NCBI GenBank assembly: GCA_008632985.1
Contig: QPGO01000348.1
Span: 1 to 43,882, forward strand
Length of the DNA: 43,882 nt
Origin: Psammoneis japonica
Taxonomy: Eukaryota
Reading direction: 5' to 3'
Positions 36,207 through 43,882 of this stretch are shown piece by piece (the first letter of the stretch is position 1; every line of letters begins with the position of its first letter). The notes below the pieces were generated by a model. That model did not search any database, was not told the origin of the DNA, and saw only the letters and a program-made list of their open reading frames with translations. A program made the translations under genes and the position numbers.

Positions 36207-37530
36207 TCACTCATACACTTCACAATTGACTTTTCCGCAGTCGGGATCAGGAGCCTCTGCGGTTGCTGCCAGTCCCAACGCAATCAAGAAAGCAGACCCT
36301 CCGACAAACCCTTGCATCCCTATTGTCTCACCTAGAAATACATAACTCATGATTGACGCCACATTGGTTGCGACGCGTAGAGTGTTTGCGCACGAGTGGG
36401 CCCAACGGCTTGCTGTCCGCCGACTTGCAAGAATGGAGCGACAGCATTCACTGCTACTCCACTCCACAAAACTGTCACTGCTAGTGGGACCAATTCATAT
36501 ACGCTGCCTATGGATGCAAAAAAGTCAGTTGTCTCGCTCCAACCGCATGTCGACAAGAGCCCGAGGGAGAATATTGCTTGCGAAGCAATCTTGTTCGTGA
36601 TTAGTTTTCTTGGGACAACTAGCTTGCCCCACGAAAACAGTCTTAAGTCATAGGTAGCATAGAATACAGCAGCTAGGACACACAATGCATCCCCAATAGA
36701 TGCTTGACTAAAGAGACCTTGTGACAGAACGTCTTGATTGGCACTTGTAGCTGAAGCCGCATCTTGAGTAAACAATACGACTCCAGCCAAAGCTAACCCA
36801 ACAGAAAACTGAATTCGTTTTGGAATGGGCACGCCCATGAGACCTTGGACAAGGGTACAATTAGTGTTGTAAGCTGAATTAGGAAAGCTCCATGACTCGC
36901 AGATGTGAGAGACAAGCCGTAAATATTAGCAGTTGTACCCAAGAACTTCCAGAGGCCAAGTTCCGCCCCAGCCTTGAGCTCTTGGAGTTGTTGGTCGTTA
37001 TCTGATTGCTTTTCAAGATTTTGTAGCAAGGTGCTTGGCAGGGGTGTACTAGACTCAAGCGCTTTTCCACCAAATAGTAATCCTGACAATGCTACAATAC
37101 TGACAGCGGCATTGATTAACAACACTGGTGGTGACATTGACGAGTCGGCAAAGACAGTGTGCAGAACTGGAGAATTAGATGCAAAGAGCAGCGTGATGAA
37201 CCCAATGGTCAGCAATCCGCGTCTATATTCTTCTTGGTCTGACTCTCCAATCCGTTCCTCTTTTCCCGTGTCTAAGGACAAATCAGGCATGAAGGACGGC
37301 ATTGGTCGGTTGTTTGTGATACGTGTCGTTGCATCTACCTCTGTTGAAGTGATGGTGGAGAGATTCAACTGAACGCGACTTGGAGAAGTCGGTCTATTTA
37401 TCCACGGCACTTGCGACTGGCGTAACGGCCCTGTTCTTCCCGAAAAGGCATTGGTCCCGCTAGAATAAAATAGCACAGTCCAAATTGCCAACGACGAGGA
37501 GGCACGGGGATGAAAGTGGCTTCTTGTCAT
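36207..37530 (-). CDS. EamA/DMT-family transporter, possibly plastid-targeted; two apparent 1-nt frameshifts (~36852, ~36360)
   Basis: Signal peptide ending TNA-FS plus a Ser/Arg-rich transit-like stretch. GAELGLWKFLG, GLSLTSASHGAFLIQLTTLIVP, GDALCVLAAVFYA, QQAVGPTRAQTLYASQP and SYVFLGE are spread over three overlapping ORFs. Confidence 0.8.
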
Positions 37531-38835
37531 CGTATTGAGCAGAAAATGAGATTGCTAATCAAAAATAATGATTGATCCTTCCGGAATGTTCGAACGATGA
37601 CACGGGAATCCAAGATTGTGGAAGGGAATGATGCGCAGATGTTCCTCCGGCAACAAAATGTGACGGGAAATCCTCGAAATGCAAGTTGCCGGTAGAATAC
37701 CGCTGACGTTGTCTTTCGTGACGTAAAATTGTGTGAGATTTCAGTGCAAATAAAATTCCCGCGCTTTTCTTTGTAAATTTTTACCCCTAAAAGTATGAAT
37801 AAAAATTAATAACGCAAAATGCCCGCACCTCTTGCTCAACTTCAATAATCGCCACGTGCTTCTCACGAGAGAACGCAGTACATGTGTGTCCGATTTGTGT
37901 CGTACGACTGACTTTTACGTCATATCCGGGTCTCCTTCTATCGGCGAGAAAAAAATGAGACTCGAAATCTTGCTTTCAACTCTCTGGAACTCGCTCTTTA
38001 TCTTATATCTTATCCATCACAATCGAACAAACACAGAGAGCGAAGAATCATCATCAACCATCAACGGTAGGGCTTTCGACAACTTTGGTGGCTGCTCGGT
38101 CAATCGCCATAAACAGCCAAGGTGTACAATTTCGTCAACAATCGGTGTCGTTCTCTTAAATCATGTCTCCCAACAATGAAGTTGCCACACGAAATTCTCA
38201 ACTCATCTACGCAAAACACGCGTCCTTTGTCACATCTGATTCAAGCTTAACTGAAGCTGACAGCATTATGGGAGCTCAAGAAGGCGATATTCATTCCATT
38301 GTATCATCTGAGGATTGGCACTCGGTAAGTTTTGTCTCGTTTCGTGCCTTCGCCGATCAATGATTTGAATGCGCATCGATTGATTAGATGCGATCAGTGT
38401 GGTGTCGGTTTCAATTTCGTCTCTTTTGCACTGTGGCATTATACAACATTGAAATACTCTCTTTAGCAAGAAATTGACTGCTTCTGTCATGTTAAGCGTG
38501 TTTGAATGCCGTATTCGTCATTGTCGTTCCCAGCAAGAAACCGCCAAGCGATCCTTCGGGAGACATCAAGAAAAACATCAAATGCAACCTCCAGTATTGT
38601 AGAAAGCATTGGGGTTCTTTGTGCGTACGAGTTTCAACTTGTGATGTCATTTGCAATGATTATCTACAGCAACGATTTGTTTTTATTTCTCAGTTCGATC
38701 CGTGCCAATGATCCAGATCATATCAGTTTGTCTGATTGTCACGTGTGTGCGCGTGCTACCCGTCTCAAACAACCTGACCTGTAACGCACATAGTTTTTTC
38801 TTCTCACATTTCTTCTTCTTATCTGCGGCATCACC

Positions 38836-40402
38836 ATGACGACTCGACCGAAACGACCACGTTTTTCCCGTGACAATTCCTATCTTCAGGAGGGCCTTAT
38901 TGTGGTTGTGATTGGAGCATCAGGTGACTTGGCCAAGAAAAAGACGTATCCTTCGCTTCTCGATTTGTTCGCCAACAAACTCTTGCCTGAAGACACAATT
39001 ATTTGGGGTTACGCCCGGTCCCCCAAGACGCACGAGGGATTGCGTTCTCATCTCCGGCCTTTTCTCTTGAAACATACCAAACATGAGGAGTGGACCGTTG
39101 ATGCCTTTTTGGAAAAGTGCTTTTACAAAAACGGCAAGTCTTACGGGGATTTTGAAGCGTACTATGAAATGCTCAACAACTTGAAGGAGCACGAGCAAAA
39201 GTTTCCTGAAAAGTCAAAGCACAATCGACTCTTCTACCTTGCAATTCCCCCGAGCGTCTTTGGTGAGACGGGCATTGCCATCAAAAGGACTTCGATGCAA
39301 CTACACGATTTGGGGTGGTCTCGCCTCATTATCGAAAAACCTTTCGGACATGATCTAGCGAGTTGCGAGGAGCTTTCGCAGGTGTTTAGCATCGCAATTT
39401 CGCGAAAACGAACTATATCGGATAGACCATTACTTGGGCAAGGAAGCTGTGCAAAACCTAATGGTGATGAGGTTTGGGAACTCGTGGCTGGAATGGATGT
39501 GGCACCGCAACGCGGTTCAGAGTGTGAAACTCACCTTCAAAGAGAATTTTGGGACCGAGGGACGCGGTGGCTACTTTGATAGTATCGGAATTATCCGTGA
39601 TGTCCTCCAGAACCATTTGTTACAGGCACTTACGCTATTGGCCATGGAGCCGCCAATCGAGGTGGAGGGTCCTGCCGCTAGCGACTTGATCCGCGATGCC
39701 AAGGTGCAGGTTCTCAAAGCAATGCCTGCCATTGAGTTGGAAGATTGTCTCTTGGGCCAGTACGATGGATACGCGGACGATCCATCCATTGAGAACAAGG
39801 ACACGAATTGCCCCACTTATGCCATGATGCGGCTCTGGGTCAACACTCCTCGTTGGGCAGGTGTTCCGTTCATTCTAGAGGCCGGCAAGGCCTTGGACGA
39901 ACGCGTATGCGAAATGACGGTATCATTCCGTCAAGCACCGGCGGCAGACATGATGTTTGGCCTTCCTCCGTCAGCCAGCTTGCCTCGCAACGAGTTGGTG
40001 ATGCGTCTTCAGCCAGATCCAGCCATCTTTCTCAAGACCAACGTGAAGACGCCTGGCTTTTCCTCGGCTCCCGTCCAAACCGCGCTTGGATTAGAGTACA
40101 AGGACACCTTTGCGAATGGTCCCAATAGCAATCCCGATGCGTACACGAGACTCATTCTTGACGTCCTTCGTGGTCGGCAAGGCTCCTTTGTCCGTGATGA
40201 CGAGCTACACAGGAGCTGGGAGGTCTTTACTCCACTGCTTCACAGGATTGAACGCGAAGGGGTTCGTCCCCACCCATATAGTTACGGGTCGGATGGACCC
40301 GAGGAACGCGTCGAGTTCATGGAACGTATGGGTGTCCATGTAGAAATAGGAGAAGGAACCACTTTGAGAAGAGTTGACGAAAAGATTGTCAGCTCGTTAT
40401 GA
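38836..40402 (+). CDS. G6PD: Glucose-6-phosphate dehydrogenase; apparent +1 frameshift at ~39386
   Basis: GASGDLAKKK, RLFYLAIPP, IIEKPFGHD, LYRIDHYLGKE, GTEGRGGYFD, GIIRDVLQNHL, RWAGVPFILEAGKAL, PDAYTRLILD. Confidence 0.95.
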
Positions 40403-41038
40403 TACGTACCCGTGAGCGGAGAAGAGGAGAACATCATTATTTCCTGTTTTGTTTATTATTGTTACATTCCATGATGCAACGTCAAAGCCCAAAATCACGT
40501 GAAGAAAAGCTTACTACATTAAAACTATATCAGTCGACTCGAAGCAGCGTCGGTAATCACAAATGCGGCACGCCAAGCTCTAATCTTAAGATCTACTAGA
40601 GTATACACGAATCCTTTTTCTTTCTTCATGCCGTACTAATCATTTTGTTGATTTTGAACTATTACCACTGGTACGCCATGTTATGTGTTCCTTGGAAAGG
40701 AAGATTAGGTCCCTCTACTAGAGTGTAGGTTCTACAAGAACGCGCGTTGCCCACACAACAAAACGCGGCGAAAGTCACCCTTGCCAAGCACCAGCCCTAC
40801 CTCACCAACACATAAGCTATTCTCAGTGTTACATCTCTGCAAAGAATTTGGCTTCACGAAAGCCCGTGACTTGGTCCATACTCAGTTGACTCGAGGCAGA
40901 GTCAGCAATGCAGCCGCCAATCTCGAGGACTCTATGCCATATAACGTTAACTACTGACGTAGTACACGATACGTAAAACTTCATCTTGAAACACTACCGG
41001 TATGTAATTATTATTCTCTTGATTCACGCTACCGTATT

Positions 41039-42047
<1,009 letters not shown>

Positions 42048-42419
42048 GGTGCTCTGCTTTATCGACAGCGACGACAACGTACACAGTGCAGTCGATGTGT
42101 GTGTGTTGTTCGTTCGTGTTGAAAAAAGTGCGCATGAAAAAAAATGTCCGTGAGAACGTGTGTCCGTGTACCCTTACCAGTGTATTTGTGGTAACCTTTT
42201 ACCTCTGCATGGTTTTGAAATGTGGGATAGATTTATTCAAATACCTTAGTGAAGGAATAAACATATACCATTTCACTCCACTGCGCGCATCACGCATCAC
42301 GTCATAGGGCCCTACTAGGGCCCTAGGGCCCCGACTAGCTAGGTAACATAACCGTCATTTTTTCTCGTTTTTGTCATTTTCAGGGTCATCTCAAATAATC
42401 TCAACGGCCAGTCGGTCCC

Positions 42420-43807
42420 ATGTTTCCGTCATCCCTGCGGAGTCAAAAGGTTACCACCCCCATGTCGGACAACAAAAACAACACCAAGGGCGACGATTCA
42501 ACGACTGCCTCTCCTGATATTGTCAAAGAGAGTAGTACTGCAGACATGAAGGATGGTTCTTCGGGAAACAAAATGGCCACCTTTCGGTTGATTTTGCTAA
42601 TTTTCATGGTTCTGCAGAATTCCTCGACGGTACTGGTGGGACGACACACACGTTCGTCCGTGCCTGAAGATCAACTCTATGTCGTGAATCATTTGATTTT
42701 GATTACAGAAGTTGGAAAGGTAAGAGGTGTTTTGTTGTGTAGTAAAATCTACCGTACAGTGTGCAAAAACACGTATGGTACTTTGAGGTGAATAAAAACC
42801 CATCATTTGAAATTGCTGAAGCGCTAACTAACCAGTTTTCGTCGACTGTGCTCTGTTCTCTTTCGACACTGATCATATTATGTGACTTATGCTGAAAACA
42901 ATGCAATATTCTAGTGTCTCTTGAGTTGTGTCTTTGAGCACTTTAGCACTGGTGGCCGTTTATGGGAGAGTATTCAGCAAAACATTCTGGCCCGTCCCAT
43001 GGATGCGCTCAAAATTTCGGTACCGGCCCTCTTGTATCTGGTACAAAATTCGCTACTCTACACAGCGCTTTCCAACTTGTCTGCTCCCCTCTTTCAAGTT
43101 ACCTATCAGTGCAAGCTCGTCACGACGGCGCTCGTTTCCGTACTCATGCTCGATCGCAGTACTCGTCCAAACAGTGGATTTGTCTCGTGGTGCTCAGTGT
43201 CGGCGTGGCTATTGTTGTGCTGGGAGAGTCATCCTCTGATAAAAAGCAGGAAATCAAGGAGGATGCTCCTGCTCAGTCGCTTGTGAAGGGATTGGTTGCC
43301 GTGTCGATTGCGTGCATGTCCAGTGCCTTGGCTGGCGTGTATTTTGAAAAGGTGCTGAAAAAGCCAGCTTCTGCGGAACAAGGACAAGCTCCACCCGTGA
43401 GTGTTTGGATGCGCAATATGCAATTGGCCTTTTTCAGCATGATTATTGCCGTTGTGCAGGGCGCCATGCAAGGCAACTCTTCCGAAGACGAAGAACCCAA
43501 GCCCTACTTTTATGGTTTTACCTTTTGGGTATGGATTCTTGTGGGCCTTCAAGCCGGTGGTGGATTGTTGGTGGCGGCCGTCATCAAGTACGCGGACAAT
43601 GTCCTCAAGGGCCTTGCGACGGGTGTTTCCGTCGTTGTGGCTACCGCGTGCTCCACTCTACTCTTTGGAACCATGCTTTCGGGACAGTTTCTCTTTGGGG
43701 CCAGCATGATTTTGACTTCTGTCTATCTATTTAGCAACAATGTTCCGGCGTTTTGTACCAAGAATTCGTCGGCTGTGGAAATGAAGCCTCTTGTGCTTCC
43801 AAAGTAA
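42420..43807 (+). CDS. Nucleotide-sugar transporter, SLC35A (UDP-Gal/CMP-Sia) family; 2 exons, apparent 1-nt frameshift at ~43158
   Basis: Intron 42720-42914. VPALLYLVQNSL, FQVTYQCKLVTTA, SSALAGVYFEKVLK, SVWMRNMQL, GGLLVAAVIKYADNVLKG. Confidence 0.9.
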
Positions 43808-43882
43808 AAATAATTAAGAGTGTGTCTCTAGAGAAAAACAAGTGTTCCTACTAGCTAAACGTGAAAATCTCTCCAACTTGCG

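Overview
Eukaryotic nuclear DNA with short GT-AG introns, most likely from a diatom (CoDi-type Copia element, bipartite plastid-targeting-like N-terminus, RXL-containing secreted proteins). About 11 ordinary genes are present: a Tudor-like/DUF2786 protein, an MFS transporter, a Pro/Ser/Thr-rich lectin-like protein, a ~2,500-aa mucin/FG-GAP protein, an ankyrin protein, a sulfatase, a glycosyltransferase-like protein, an EamA/DMT transporter, G6PD, NDUFV2 and an SLC35A nucleotide-sugar transporter. They alternate with four sharply bounded blocks (~3990-6290, ~8230-12350, ~22385-31190, ~33230-34730) in which TpA is almost absent and TpG/CpA is abundant. In the Copia element inside the third block, conserved Tyr codons read systematically as Cys (TGY) or His (CAY) while many CpGs survive. 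This points to a strand-symmetric TpA->TpG/CpA (A-to-G) hypermutation of transposon-derived DNA, opposite in direction to fungal RIP, and is the main candidate for an undescribed system. No responsible enzyme gene was recognised in the window. Several genes carry 1-3 nt indels in short homopolymers that look like assembly errors. All counts were made by eye, and family assignments come from remembered motifs, not database searches.
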